Source of the DNA: Camelus dromedarius
Lineage: Eukaryota
Assembly (NCBI RefSeq): GCF_036321535.1
Contig: NC_087447.1
Coordinates: forward strand, 23,684,001-23,748,000
DNA: 64,000 bases
Reading direction: 5' to 3'
The notes beneath the pieces were generated by a model. The model saw only the letters and a list, made by a program, of their open reading frames with translations, did no database searches and was not told the origin of the DNA. The first letter of the stretch is position 1. Every line of letters starts with the position of its first letter. This document shows positions 13,501-25,427 of the stretch, piece after piece. The position numbers and the translations under genes are program-made.

Positions 13501-15414
13501 GGGCAAGGACTGGAAGAATCTAGTCCCAAAATTTAATTACATAGAAATACTCCCAAATATACCAACACAGAGAGTATAGACCAGATATCTCTATTTCTTC
13601 CTGATTTTTCTGACCTCTCATCTATGCAGCTGTTTAAGGATGGGATATAGCTTTCGCAGCTCACCAAATCTTTGTTCTTTCATTTCTAAAATAACTATGT
13701 TGTTACGACTGTAGCTCTGGGTTAGCAAACAAGAGGCAACAACTCTCAATAACCCAACACCAAGCCTGGAGTAATTTCTTCTCTCAACGTCACATGATCC
13801 AGATTAGAGGCTAGTTCCCGAGAGTGCATCCTGCCAGGACTTGGGAAAACCAGAGAATTTTGTCTGAAGTTGACCAGGGGAAACTCCCCATAAACCAGGT
13901 GACTCATCAGATTCCTGAAGTTCAGGAGAAGCACCGAAAATCCTGAGTTCAGTGCCTCCCCTACCCCATCAGTCATGACCAGGAGCTGGAACTTCTTTGG
14001 GGCTCTGGAAGTTAGAGAGGAAAAGTAGTATTTTTTCTAATTATTTGAGGGGGGTGGTTGGCAATTAGGTTTGTTTGTTTGTTTGTTTGTTTGTTTAATG
14101 GAGGTACTGGGGACTGAACCCAGGACCTCGTGCATGCTAAGCACACACTCTACCACTGAGCTACACCCTCCCCGTAAAAGTAATATTTTAATTCTATTCC
14201 CTGCTGAACACACATGCTCCAGAGCAAACAGGAGGAATGCTGCCTTAATCAAGGGGGCCTGGGGGCCTGGGAATGCAAAAGACTTCCCAGTCTGGAGAAC
14301 TTTCCTGCCCTGTTTGGAATCATTCTCTGAGGTCCCCACAGGGGATCTGAGGCCTCCCACGGGGAAGGCCACTGCCCAGAAAAGGCAGCAGTTTGGTGGG
14401 ACAGATGATCTAGGAAGAGAAGTCACCTGTTCACGCTTTCCACCATGTTTGGCTGGGGCTCCAAACCGAAAGGCAGAGCTGCACGTGGATCAGCTGCTTG
14501 TTGGCAAACACAACCCTTCCACTCTGCCTCCAGCTGCTGCTTCTCAGACCGTGCTCACCCACTGCCCATCTCCGTCTTTCAAGGGAAGACGAGGGTCTCT
14601 TAGGAGATCAGCAGTGGACGTGGGGTGGGGGAAGGCCCGAGCTCCCTGCGATGCAGAGCACTGCCGTCTGCCTAAACCGAACGCCTCCACAGTGGGGTGT
14701 GGGGACCCTGATTCAGTGACAACTTTATTCCATTCAGCTTCTACAGTGAGCCACGGGCCAGATGACTAAGCCACCTGCAAGCCCCACCACCAGGCGCTCC
14801 CTCTTCTAATCGGTTCTCGATTAAAGGCGCCCAAGGCAGGCACATGGTCTCCTCACAAATCTCCTCTCCCTTTACAAAGGGAGGTCACCAGAAGGTGAAA
14901 TAGGAAGATTAAGCTGCTGTAACTCTCTCCTCCTTGACTTCCATGATTCTGCACAAAATACACATGCATGCGCCCACGCCCACACCCACGCTCACAGCTC
15001 TCTCTCCTATCCTGGTATCCCAGCCAACGCCATTAAAGACGGTTTCCCTTTCGAGTATCTTCTACCACCCTATCTGTCAGGCTGCCAACCCAGAACTTTG
15101 AACATTGAGCGGAAACAACAGAATCTCAAATGGGCTTCTGTCTGGAGCCCCAGGGCCCTGTGGGAACCTCCAGCATGAAGTTTTCTCCAGTTCCCCTGGT
15201 CCCCACACCCCTGCTGACTAAAATCTATCTTGTTCATTAAGTTGGGGAATGAAGCCTAATTAAAGCAAAGGAAGCGTCCGCGTGGGGAGGGACACCGACC
15301 CCGCGCAGCCCCCTTACCATTGCACGTGGTGTAGCTGTCTGTCCAGGCCGGCTGCTGGTGGAGGAGGTTGTTGCTGGGGTTGAGATTCATTACACCACTT
15401 CCTTCCAGAATCAT
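626..15414 (-). CDS. EHF: EHF (ETS homologous factor / ESE-3), partial spliced CDS, coding exons 2-7; ETS-domain exons lie left of the window
   Basis: Six GT-AG exons join in frame: [32 protein letters not shown]-[gap][130 protein letters not shown]. This matches mammalian EHF as I recall it. Confidence 0.98.
742..1195 (-). mobile_element. L2 LINE 3' fragment
   Basis: TTCATTCATTCA...CATTTATTGAGCACTTACTACATGTCTGGCAC...CAAAGGCCCTG...GGAAGCCACTG (reverse complement of the L2 3' end). Confidence 0.75.
1518..1566. repeat. Interrupted (TG)n microsatellite in intron 6
   Basis: Read directly. Confidence 0.92.
1895..2120 (-). mobile_element. MIR SINE
   Basis: TTGAGCACTTACTATGTGCCAGG...AACCCTATGAGGTAGGTACT...TGAGACACAGAGAGGTCAA...GCCACACAGC. 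Confidence 0.7.
3360..3830. promoter_or_regulatory. Candidate enhancer in EHF intron 6
   Basis: Repeat-free and CpG-retaining. GC box CTCCGCCCCC 3405-3414, octamer ATTTGCAT 3531-3538, TGATTCA 3540-3546, and FOX motifs at 3634-3640 and 3761-3767. Confidence 0.45.
4181..4316 (-). mobile_element. Camelid tRNA-derived SINE (Vic-1-like)
   Basis: Reverse complement reads GGGAGGGTGTAGCTCAGTGGTAGAG...GGTCCTGGGTTCAA (A and B boxes) with an (AAAT)n/A tail. Perfect 14-bp TSD GTAAAGCCCATTTT at 4167-4180 and 4317-4330. Confidence 0.9.
6056..6124 (-). CDS. EHF: EHF exon 6 (69 nt)
   Basis: gccacag|AT CTG TTG GAC...CCT GTT G|gtaagt; encodes (D)[22 protein letters not shown]. It is separated from exon 5 by a 116-nt intron. 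Confidence 0.97.
6241..6309 (-). CDS. EHF: EHF exon 5 (69 nt)
   Basis: ctttgtag|AC CCT TCC...ACA GTA G|gtaact; encodes (D)[22 protein letters not shown]. Confidence 0.97.
6957..6993. repeat. (TC)n microsatellite, interrupted
   Basis: Read directly. Confidence 0.85.
8952..9014 (-). CDS. EHF: EHF exon 4 (63 nt)
   Basis: ccttcacag|GC CAG TGC AGC...CAA ACT G|gtgagt; encodes (G)[20 protein letters not shown]. Confidence 0.97.
11231..11476 (-). CDS. EHF: EHF exon 3 (Pointed/SAM domain); 11360-11476 lies in an N-gap
   Basis: The visible 129 nt (11359-11231) encode [43 protein letters not shown], with donor AACG|gtgact at 11230. The 5' boundary at 11476 is inferred from the 246-nt human exon length. 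A ctcAc branch-point-like motif then sits about 25 nt upstream. Confidence 0.95.
11360..11491. other. N-gap, 132 nt
   Basis: Run of N. Confidence 1.
13018..13182. mobile_element. MER5A (hAT-Charlie MITE)
   Basis: CAGTACTTCTCAAAC...GAATCACCAGGG...GGCCTGAG...CTGCATT...AACAAGCT...GATGATGCTG. Confidence 0.75.
14035..14175 (-). mobile_element. Camelid tRNA-derived SINE (Vic-1-like)
   Basis: A and B boxes, (AAAC)n tail. TSD AAAAGTA(G/A)TATTTT at 14021-14034 and 14176-14189, one mismatch. Confidence 0.9.
15318..15414 (-). CDS. EHF: EHF exon 2, coding part (97 nt; exon spans 15318-15417)
   Basis: Acceptor ttacag|ATCATG, start ATG at 15414-15412, encodes [32 protein letters not shown], donor AATG|gtaagg at 15317. 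Confidence 0.97.
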
Positions 15415-18400
15415 GATCTGTAAGGGGATCAAAGAGCCCGTCCAGTCAGTGCCTCTTGGACAAATGTCATTTGAGAGTACAGATCATAGCTTGAATTTAG
15501 GACAGAAGAAGGAATTTGTCTATTTATCCATTGCTTGCCAAGCATGTTGCCAAGCCCTATCAGTAAAAGCGAAACTCACTGGAAATTAAAAATTTCCAGG
15601 TTCAATTTTCATATGCATGAGGCAAGTTTTTACAGCCACCCATTCATAAATGAATAATCTCTGATCAGGCATGAAAATGAAAATGTAATTCCTGCTCACT
15701 GGGTGAGTTTGGCCAGTAGCCAATTTTTTTTTTCTTTAACAAAAGTGGAAATACCAAAGAGATTTTTGTTTCAAGTGGAACTGCAATTGATGAAAACCCA
15801 AACCAGTAGCAGAACAGAGCCGGCACCTGAGCAGGAACTCTGACCTGAAATCGGACAGTTACAAGTCCTAACACACCTGGCCAGCTCCGCACCTGGGCAC
15901 CCAGTAAATTTCCTCAGCACAGGCATCTGCCCCGGGCTGGGCTGGGCTGGGCTCGGAGGACCTCAGCCATACCTGACCCAGAGCTCCTCAAGTATTTGGC
16001 TCCGTGATAATATCAGGAATCAACTGATTTCTCAGCTAAGACACTGCCTCTTCCCTTCCCTCCTGGTAAGAATTCAGACTAGTGTTTCCTCTCCTTTTAC
16101 AGACCTGAAGAATACCACAGGGCTTCGAAGCTGACTTGCAGATGACTTCCTCCATCTGAGGGCTCAGTGTCTCAATAAAGGACCCAGGAGAAGAGCCTTT
16201 CTTCCCTGGGCCTGTTTGGATTTTTTTTAAACAATGTGAAAATTTTACATGTCAGAAATAGTCACCTCAGTCCTCCAGCATCTCCAATGTTCCTACCCTC
16301 GAGCTACTTTTTTTTTTTTAACGAAAGTGAAAATGCCAAAGAAATTTTGTTTGAAGTGGAATTGCACTTCCACCTTTCATACTCAAAGCCCCAGAAGTGT
16401 GTTCAGTCATTCAAGGGATGACCAGCCCTGTTTTCAGAAGGCAACTGAGCATTACCCCCAGGGCCTCTAAAGGTAACCTGCTCTTTCTGAATGTTTGGGA
16501 GGGGAGAAGAGGCTGGCTTTATAGTGGCAGATCATGGAAACGTTTCTGCCTGTTTTAGGGAGATCTTGCATCCTCAGGTGTCACCAATGTCCCCAGGATG
16601 GAAACTGCCCAACCAAAGTAGCTCCATCCCTCAAAACCCTTCCCTCTAATTTAGCTACTGCTCTTCTGGTTCTATGTAGGGCTTGGGGGGAGGGGAGAAG
16701 AGGGGTCTAGGAAGGGCATAAAAATTCATTCATGTAGTCATTTACCCAACATATATTCATCAGCCCTTCAATGGGCTGGGTACAGTTCTAGGGACTGGGG
16801 ACAAAGCAGTGATGAAGAGTTGAACTAGGCTACGCAGGAACATTTATGATGATTTTTAACAGCATCATGATGGTTGTTTGGCAAATAATGAGGCCTGAAT
16901 CCAGCCTAAGTAGAAGGGAGGTGGAGGAAAAATGCGGTGAGAATGATGAACATGGTAACAGACCACAGGGTGGGGAGAGGGCAGAGCGGCGTTCTATGTG
17001 GTGGGGCCGTATAGTTTCGAGGCCAGAAAGAGCTGGGGTCAGTTCCAAGGTCTACCACTTCCTTACCAGCTAAGGTTAGTACTAAGTCAAACAAGTCATT
17101 AGCCTCTCTGAACCTTGGTTTCCTCATCTGCAAAGTACAGCTCCTCATACCTACCTTGGGTATTGGTTGGAGATGAAATGACTTGGAGCACTCGACACCA
17201 AGTGGGGCGTGACTGCGTGGCAGGTGTTACGGGGGGAAAGCCACTACCTCTCGGATATCCCGAGCCAGAAGCAAGCTTGGGCCTCAGTTTCCCTATGTAA
17301 ACGCTTATAGAAGGTAAATAGTTTGCTTCTTGAGTTCATTTTAGGAGAACAACTTGATTCTCATTCTCAGAGAAGGAAAAGCAACCTTCTTCTCTTTCAC
17401 AAGAACTGAGCCCGTTCCTCTCAAGCTTTCCAGAGCAATTGCCCTAAGCCAAAAAATAAGATGGGGGGGCTTCAAGGCAAAAGAAAACCTCCATGTCCCC
17501 AGAGGGGTGGCTGGGAGAGGGAAGGGGCCTGGCTCCGGCTCCTGTTTGCTCAAGGCCGGGCTTGTTCCTTGCCAGCATTTGCTCAACCACAAGCAGTAGA
17601 AAGGTTACTGTTTAACCCTGAAAGGGCTGAAGCTCAGAGCCCAGCCCATCTGCACGGAAAGATCTGCCCTCTGGGCTCGGGGTAGGGGGCTGGGGGGCGG
17701 GGTTGGGCAGGAGAGGCTTCCCTGAAATTTTCTCACAAGGGTTTGCCTGCAGGGCTATTTCACAGTGGCCATTTCAGTGGAAGCCAGGCCTGCCGGGGCC
17801 AGCTCCGACCCAGCTCCGACCCAGCTCCTCGTGAGCTCAGGGCTTTGCCTTGCCACTTCCCAGAAGAACAGAGGGCAGAGCAGTGTGAGGGCTGAGCACC
17901 CCGGCTTTGCAGTCGGGGAGGGGTGGGCTCAGACCAGTACCCCCTGCTTGTGACCTCAAGCAAGTTCCAAGTCTGTCTAGCCAAAATCTTTCTGATCCTC
18001 ACTTTCCCCACCTGGAAAATGAGCCCAACCCAAACCCACAGGGCTGTGGGAATCAAATAAAGCTGTGCATGCAGAGAGCTTAGTGGCTACTAAAAAAGAA
18101 TTTAATAAATGTCGTAGGACCACGGGAGCCCGTTTTCCTCTTTATACCAAATGCCCACCAGCCCCTTTCCTCCAGGCAGACATTTCTCAGCACAAGGCGT
18201 CCAGGACCACTCTCAGCCCACAGGGAAGCCCTGAGGACAATGAGGTCACAACTTCTCCATTGCCACCAGGCCCCCCAGGAGGCTGGGCACACTCCCTGCC
18301 CGCACCCCTTTTCTGAGGGAAAGCAGCGAGGGGCCCTTTTTTACAGGGCCCAGTAAATGGTTACCACCCAATAAAAGAGTTTATGTGGCTTATTCCTCAG

Positions 18401-19302
18401 TGAGTCAGAGTTCACTCTAGCTCACCCAGGCTGGTGAGGAAAGAAGGTCTGTATCTTTAACCCAGCGTGGCGCTGCAGGGACGGTGGCCTGGGGTGGGCA
18501 CAGGAGGCCCGGGGCTAGCAGAGCGGAAAGCCTCTCACCAAGTGCTACCCACCTCGGAGGCCCAACTCTTCAGTGGTAAAATGAGGACATTTGCCCCCAG
18601 CAGCCTCACGAGACTGTTGAGGAGATCAAATGAGATAATGAATAATAAACGTGCCTGGAGAATTGCAAAAAAAAAAAATGCATTATTATAACCAACTCAC
18701 CCACACTCCCATAGACTAATCTAGACTTTCTAATGTACATGGCAACCACTTTATGGGGTATAAAAAGCAATCCTTTCAATTAAAAAGTAGGGGCATTATT
18801 TAATGCTCCTCTTTAAGCTCCCTACTTGACCTTCAGCACAGCTTTTATTGTTTCCTTAAAAAAAAAAAAAAAGATCAAGATGTGAGAGGTCGAGCCTTTG
18901 GAATCTTTGAGGCCTGGGTTAGAATCCAGGCTCCCCATCTTCGAGCCATGTGACCTTGAGTATGTTAACCTGAGTCTTCGCTGCTTTCAAAGGGGGAGTC
19001 TGAGGAATGTGGATGTCCTCCAAGCTGAAGGGCTGTTTGGAAGGATGAATAAATCAGGGATTTACCGGTTGCTAGTCCAGTGCCGACATACATGCCCTCA
19101 ATTATAATCGGTTTCTTTTCCTTTCTTTAAAGGTCAGTTCTCAAGGTGTTTCTCTGACACATTTTACTTCTTCCAGGGTTGGAAGAAGTAAATTCAGAGC
19201 CTGAGTAAGAATGATTCCCCGCTTCAAGCCAAAAGCAAGCTGGGAACAGGACCCACCCCTCCTCACCTCCAGCTCCAAGAGGGGAACTCAAGGGGTGAAA
19301 AG

Positions 19303-19491
19303 CAGAGTTTCTTAGCCTTGGCATGACTGACATCTTGGGCGGGGATGGTTCTATGTGATGGGGCCATCTCGTGCATCACAGGACATTTAGAGCTGCATCC
19401 CTGGCCTCCAGCCACTAGATTCTAGCAGCACCCAGCCCCTACCCCTAGCAAAACATCCCCTGGGCCAAATCACCCTCAGGTGAGGACCCGG
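19303..19491. mobile_element. MER20 (hAT-Charlie MITE)
   Basis: TGACATCTTGGGC...GCATCCCTGGCCTCCAGCCACTAGAT...GGTGAGGACC, typical of MER20. Confidence 0.75.
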
Positions 19492-20965
19492 TCAAGTTAG
19501 AGCCTGTGGAGGCCACAGCTCAGGCTTTGATCTTGCTGGTGTGGCGACCTGGGACTGTCCCCGAGTCTTTCTGAGCTGCTGTACCCTCTCCTGGGAAACA
19601 GGCATGGCATTAGTACCAACACCTAGGCTTGCTGGAGGAGCGAATGAAACAAGGGACTGTGAGGCCCCAGCACACTACTTGGTTATACCAGGTAATAGCC
19701 TCCAAGAATTTTTTTAAATGCACTGGGTATCGGGCCCACCTTCATCTGATTCCCCGTGGTATGTATTCTGGGAACATAGCATAAATTGCTACCTGGGCTA
19801 TTAAAAACTGTGCACACATGCAAAAAAGCAAGTTTTAATTCAGTCCCAAAGAGAGAAATGTAGTGTGGGTGATGCAGGGATTTTTTTCCCATCTACCTTC
19901 TCTTATCTCCCCTCATGTATAGGAACAATCCGAGGGAACTCCGTGCCCCCTTGAATTATCTAGACTTCCACATTCACCCAAGACGTCACTGTTTGCACAG
20001 CAGTTTCTAAGATGAACACTTTGGAAGACAAAAGTCTGCTCTTTTGTTTCAAGAGGAGGAGCCATGCGTGCAACCCAGTGGACTGCAGTACAACAAGACC
20101 CCATGCCGGCCTGCCAGCAGCCCCCATGCCACCTGAGGCAGCCACTTCCCAGCAACCGATGGGCTGTTTGGGTTTGGCCAATCTGAAGCCCATTTTGAAT
20201 GCAACAGCACTGCGCTGCACTGGGGTGGCCAGAGCCACTCTTCGCTCCCCACTTTGTTATGGGGCAGTCTGGGGTTAAACAGACTTCCCACAGTGCCCTC
20301 AGTTCTAGGGCCTTGGACCACTTCTGGGCCACCCATGAGCTGAGACGACCCACCAACTCTGTGCCCGCTCTACCAGACCTTCATCAAGCACTGGCTTGAC
20401 CACCATGCACAGGGGGCACCACTGGATTGGGGAGGGGGCCAGCCAAGCACTTGGTCTGACCCTCAAGTTTAAGAGCCTCACATTTGGGCTGCTACTCAGG
20501 GGCACAAAAATGGGAACGTGTGAGGCCCAGCCACGGAGAAGGAAGCTCACTAACATCTGGGCTGAAAGGACATATTCAAGGTGGGAGGAGCTTCAAACCC
20601 AGCCTAGCGCTGCTGTGTTTCTGGAGGGCAGCTCCTGAGAGTCAGAGCCCATGACTCAGATGGAGAGGGCTGACATCTTGATTCTGCCCCTGGGCAGGCT
20701 GTGTTGACCTTGAGGAGGTACTTGTCCTCTCGAAAGCCTTGGTTTCCCCCGTGACAAAAAGTGGAGTTGATGTGTGGCTTCAATGAGAATGTTTGTAAAG
20801 TTCTCATTTGTTATCACATACATGCCAAGTGCCCAAGAAGTGTTAGCTATTATCATGGAGTCTGCCCACAGGTCTCTCTCTCAGCTGTGTTGGTTGGCTT
20901 TGGGGACATTCTTGGGTCAGGGTCGACACTTCAGACACAGGACAGTGTCGACACCTCAGAGACAG

Positions 20966-21228
20966 GACAGTGTCATGGTTGGGAGCTTCAGGCTCTGGAG
21001 TCAGATGACCACAGTTCAAATCTTGGCTTTGCCAATTTACTAATGAGGCAAGCTTAGACAAGTGACTCAACTTCTCTGGGCCTCAGTTTCCTCATTTCTA
21101 GAATGGAGATGATATGAAAAAGGTTATTGAAAGACAAAATGAGGTGCTACCTGTAGAATGCCTGGAAAAGTGTTTGACACAGAGTTAGCACTTGGTAAAT
21201 GTTAGCTGGTTTTTATAATTATTATTAT
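20966..21228 (+). mobile_element. MIR SINE, near full length
   Basis: GGCTCTGGAGTCAGA...GTTCAAATCTTGGCT...CTCTGGGCCTCAGTTTCCTCAT...GGTAAATGTTAGCT. Confidence 0.8.
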
Positions 21229-22052
21229 CACTTATTTATGGTGGTGTCACTATTACTTTACTGAATCTCCAAGGAGGAAATTGAGGGCCAAGTTTAGGTC
21301 AAGCAAGGCCTCTAACTTCTGCCACCTACACAATATGCAGCAATCCCAGCTAGTTGGCACAGTCCAGCCAAGGGCTGGACCCGTGCCTCCCCAGCCCCAT
21401 CCTGGGCTGCTGGGTGGACGCACCATTAGGCTGAGCTATGAACAGCATCTCTCAGCCCCTGCTCACAGAAGCCATGCTCTGCCCCTCTGGGCATGGTCCC
21501 TGCTCAAGGGACTGGAAGCCACCCCTCCTGCTCCTCTTCATCCCACTGGACACCCGCTGCCCGAGGCTGCCAGGAGCAGTGGGAGGACACACCTCTGCCG
21601 GCTCTGGCTTACTGCCCCAGCCTCGTGCTCCCACACACCATGGCCAGTTTGCAGGTGCATGGGAGAGCAGCCTGTCTAAAATGGGAGCTCCTGGCAGAGT
21701 GTGGCCAGGGGATTTCTCTGTCCTACAGGTCCTTAGAACACAGAATACTCAGTTACTGGAAGAATGGGGTCTGGGACTTGAGCGTACAGGGACAGAAAAG
21801 TGAGAGAAAGGAGGCACCACTGGGACTCTGGCAAAGGGCTGGAGCCATGCACCCCAGAACCCAGGAGAGTCTGCCCAGTTTCGGGACTCCTAAGAGAAGG
21901 CCAACAACTGCTCCACCAGTCTCTCTTCTTAAACATACAGAGAGGAACTGTCAGCAGGGACAAACGTGGCCCAGCTTGGGCTTGATCATCTGGAGCCAGG
22001 TGTGTCTTTTGCTCTGTGGTAGAGCTACTGAGATGTAGGACCAATGTTGTAA

Positions 22053-22058
22053 ATGATG

Positions 22059-22090
<32 letters not shown>

Positions 22091-22092
22091 GA
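22053..22092. repeat. (GAT)n trinucleotide repeat with one GGT interruption
   Basis: Read directly. Confidence 0.92.
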
Positions 22093-22715
22093 CTATACTA
22101 GAGGATCCAGGGCTTACTGAACATTTAAAATGTGCTGGCTCTGTACTAATAGATTTAAATGCATTATCTCAGTCAATACAATAATTCTATAAGGCATTAT
22201 GTCATTTAACAAATGGCTTATCTGGGGCCCAGAGAGGTTGGGTAACTTCTTCAAAGTCACACAGCTTCACAAGAATTGGAGCCAGAAGAGAATTCAAACT
22301 CAGATGGTCTAGCCACAAACCCTTGGAACTTTCTGCTGAGAAGGGGGTGCTTTGCCAGAGAAGAAAGTTGCCCCCAACTCATCCTCACCCCCTCCCTGAT
22401 TCCATACACAGTCACAGCATTTTCCCTGTGCCATCTGGGATCTCATACCTTTATCAAGTTTCTCCAAGATTATAAAATTCTCTGGCCCAGTCACTCATTC
22501 GGGAACCCTGATTGAGACCCTTTCCTCTCTTTGCCAGAGCAATCTGAAGCCATCTCTCTTCCCAGTATATATCCAAGAGCTTTTTACAAGATGAAATAAT
22601 AGGAAGCTGCCTTCATTTTGTGGTACTGACAATATACTCAGGTAGGAATATGTTAGTGTTCAAAAGCTGGGTCAGTTTTATCCATGATACTCTTAGCCAT
22701 TAAAAAAGAATTTTT

Positions 22716-22785
22716 ATACACACACACACACACACACAAATATATGTGTATATGAATATATATGCATACACCCATACATATATAA
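22716..22785. repeat. (CA)n followed by (TA)-rich low complexity
   Basis: Read directly. Confidence 0.85.
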
Positions 22786-24489
22786 ACACTCCTATGCCTC
22801 AATAAAGTTATTTTATTTTTTATTTTTGAAATAAACTGGTCCATAATTATTTGTGCTTCATTGGAATTAGACCTCAGGCCAAGAAGTAAGGTTTGCTCCC
22901 TCTGGGAGGGTGAAGATAGACTGGGAGCCAGCAGGGCCACAGAGCAGATCTTAAGCAAGGCTTTGCCTGCATTCACTGTTCCCAGCCCCAGGGGACTGAG
23001 AGTCAAAGCCACCGTCTGCCTTCTTCCCAGCTCCTTGATTTGTTCAACCACATCATCCCCAAACTGCCTCAGACTGGCTGCCTTGTGTGGGTAATTTTAC
23101 TCCTCAAGCCAGAGAAACAGTTAGACATTTTGAATAATTACTTTTGTGATGAGAGCACTATCCAGGTCATTCTCGGTCCTTAATCAAAGTTACCAGCAGG
23201 TGAATTCACAGCATTTGCCTGAAGGATGTTGCAACAGCTTACTGACTTCCTGTTTCAATATGACTGTCATTTCAAAAGAACTGCTCCCAGCAAGGGGAAA
23301 AGAAAATTCAAGTACATGTGAAATCTAACTGAATGTAACACAGACAATAATTCATATTTTCCCAATGAATCAAAATGTGAATCAAGCTTGGGGAATGTAT
23401 TTGATCCTCTCGGGATTACATCACAGGTAATTTCATACCCTCGTAATGTGTTTTGAAACAGACATTTCATGTTCCCAGGGGCAACACTGGAAGCATTATT
23501 CCTGGGTTTTCAAGCATTCTCATGAGCAGTGATGCCATGTTGGGAGTCCCAGAGTTGAACCATTATAGACACACTTTACTGACTGTAAGCTATTTGGAAC
23601 TATAGCTATCATGCTGATCTTTATCAGTCTGGGTGCCTGATCCAGACAAGGCACAGACACTGACAATGCACCGGCACCAAAGCTGATCAAAGGGCAAGAT
23701 TCCCTTACACAGCCCCAGGAGCCTTTATCAACCTCGCTCAGATATGACAAACTAAGAATAGAGCAAGCCTGGAATCAGAAAAGGTTACGGAGTCTTTTGA
23801 GATCAAAACAGAAACTAGGGCTCTCTCCTCCCCAATATGCATGTCTACACTTGGCTTTGCATGTGTTTTGTGGGCCCCAAGCCCTCTAAAGACCATCCAA
23901 TGACCCCTGAAAATCTATTGACACCAGAGATCTTTAAAAAACAAAACAAAACAAAAAAACAATCTTGCACTCATGTTGGACTGGAATGTAAAGACATTTT
24001 ATAGTGGAGTTAGGGTTGGAAGACAGGTTTATTCTGACCTCTGAGAGAAGATCTAAGAGATTCTGTTCTTGCTCTCTTCCTTGACGTGGCTGTTGCCTAG
24101 TTCTCTCACGGTGATGCCAGAAGGGGCCCCACTGTCCCTCTCCAGCCGCAGCTGAAGTCGGAACCATGCTGCATCGAGGAAGGTCACCCCGGACCTCTGT
24201 TTGGCAGTGCAGTGAAGAATTCACCATACTCCCCACCACCCTGAACCTCAGTATCTGTCTCCCCTCTAACCCTGGTCTCTATCCTGCAACCAAATAACCA
24301 TAAAATAAAAGACATATAGCAAAAAAAAAAAACCCAAAAAACCAAAAAACAAAGACAAAAAACTCCAGACCTCACTTCTTATTACAACCACAGGTCTCTG
24401 CAGGTCTTTGGAGAAGTGCGGGGACAGGGATAGAGCGTCCAGGGTGACGTCTGTGGTGCTTATTTTCCCACTGGGCTGAAGAGGCCACA

Positions 24490-24620
24490 CAGGTGTTTCT
24501 CAAAATTTGGTCTATAGACCACCTACACCTTCATCACCCAAGGAGAAGTTAAATTTGAGGTTTCCTGGGGTCCTATCCAGACCTCTGATTCAGAATCTAC
24601 GTTTTTAAGAACCTCCTCAA
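24490..24620. mobile_element. MER5-like MITE fragment
   Basis: GTGTTTCTCAAAATTTGGTCTATAGACCACCT...CCAGACCTCTGATTCAGAATCT. Confidence 0.5.
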
Positions 24621-25427
24621 CCTTTTAAGAACCTCCTTAAGCCCCCTCACAGCTGAAAACTTCTGGTCGTAGACTCATCTACTGGCCTTCCCACAAGATA
24701 CCGAACTCCAGGAGATACCAGCCTTGAAAGAAACACCCATAAACACCAGGAAATCTTTGTAGAGTCAGAGACAACATGCCAGCATGTTCAAGAACTCAAT
24801 CTCCACCTCGTCTGTGGAGATTCTATGGCTATATGATTTGCTAACTTGAACTAACGCGGTTCCTAATGGTCAGTACCACTAAACTGTTGGATGCAACAAT
24901 GCTCAGCTCCTTACAAGTATGAGCCTCTGAAGACCAAACAAACAAACTCAACCTCAGAACATAGCATTTGCAGAGGATTTTTATGATGATCACTTCCATC
25001 AAGAGAACCTCATGGCTGCCTGAGTCACCCCTTCCCCCATCCCACCCCCATCAGTGCTTCAAAAGAACCACTCTGGATTTTAGACCTCATAACCAAAGAA
25101 ATTTGGTGTCTTAGCCTTCAGTGGGGAGAAACAATCATCAAGGAATGTTTGTCCCACTAGTATAAATATTCATTTATCCCCTCCGATTAATATGTATTTA
25201 TTGACCATCTCCTAGATGCTAGGTACTGTGCTGGGTGCTGGGGACACAACGGTGGACAAAACACAGAAGCTGTCCTGCTCGACTGGACTATTCGGTGAGG
25301 ACACCACTTCCAAAAACAACGGTGGCTCTTTCCAGAGTCTTCTGCTCTCCTTCATCTCCTGATGGGGATGCAGTGGAGTGAGAGCCGAGAGCCTGGCAAC
25401 CTGCTCTGGCATTTGGAAATGACCAAG

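Noticed and set aside
14071-14769. 232-aa plus-strand ORF
   Set aside because: It starts inside the antisense SINE tail (MFVCLFVC...), has no recognisable domain and is antisense to an EHF intron.
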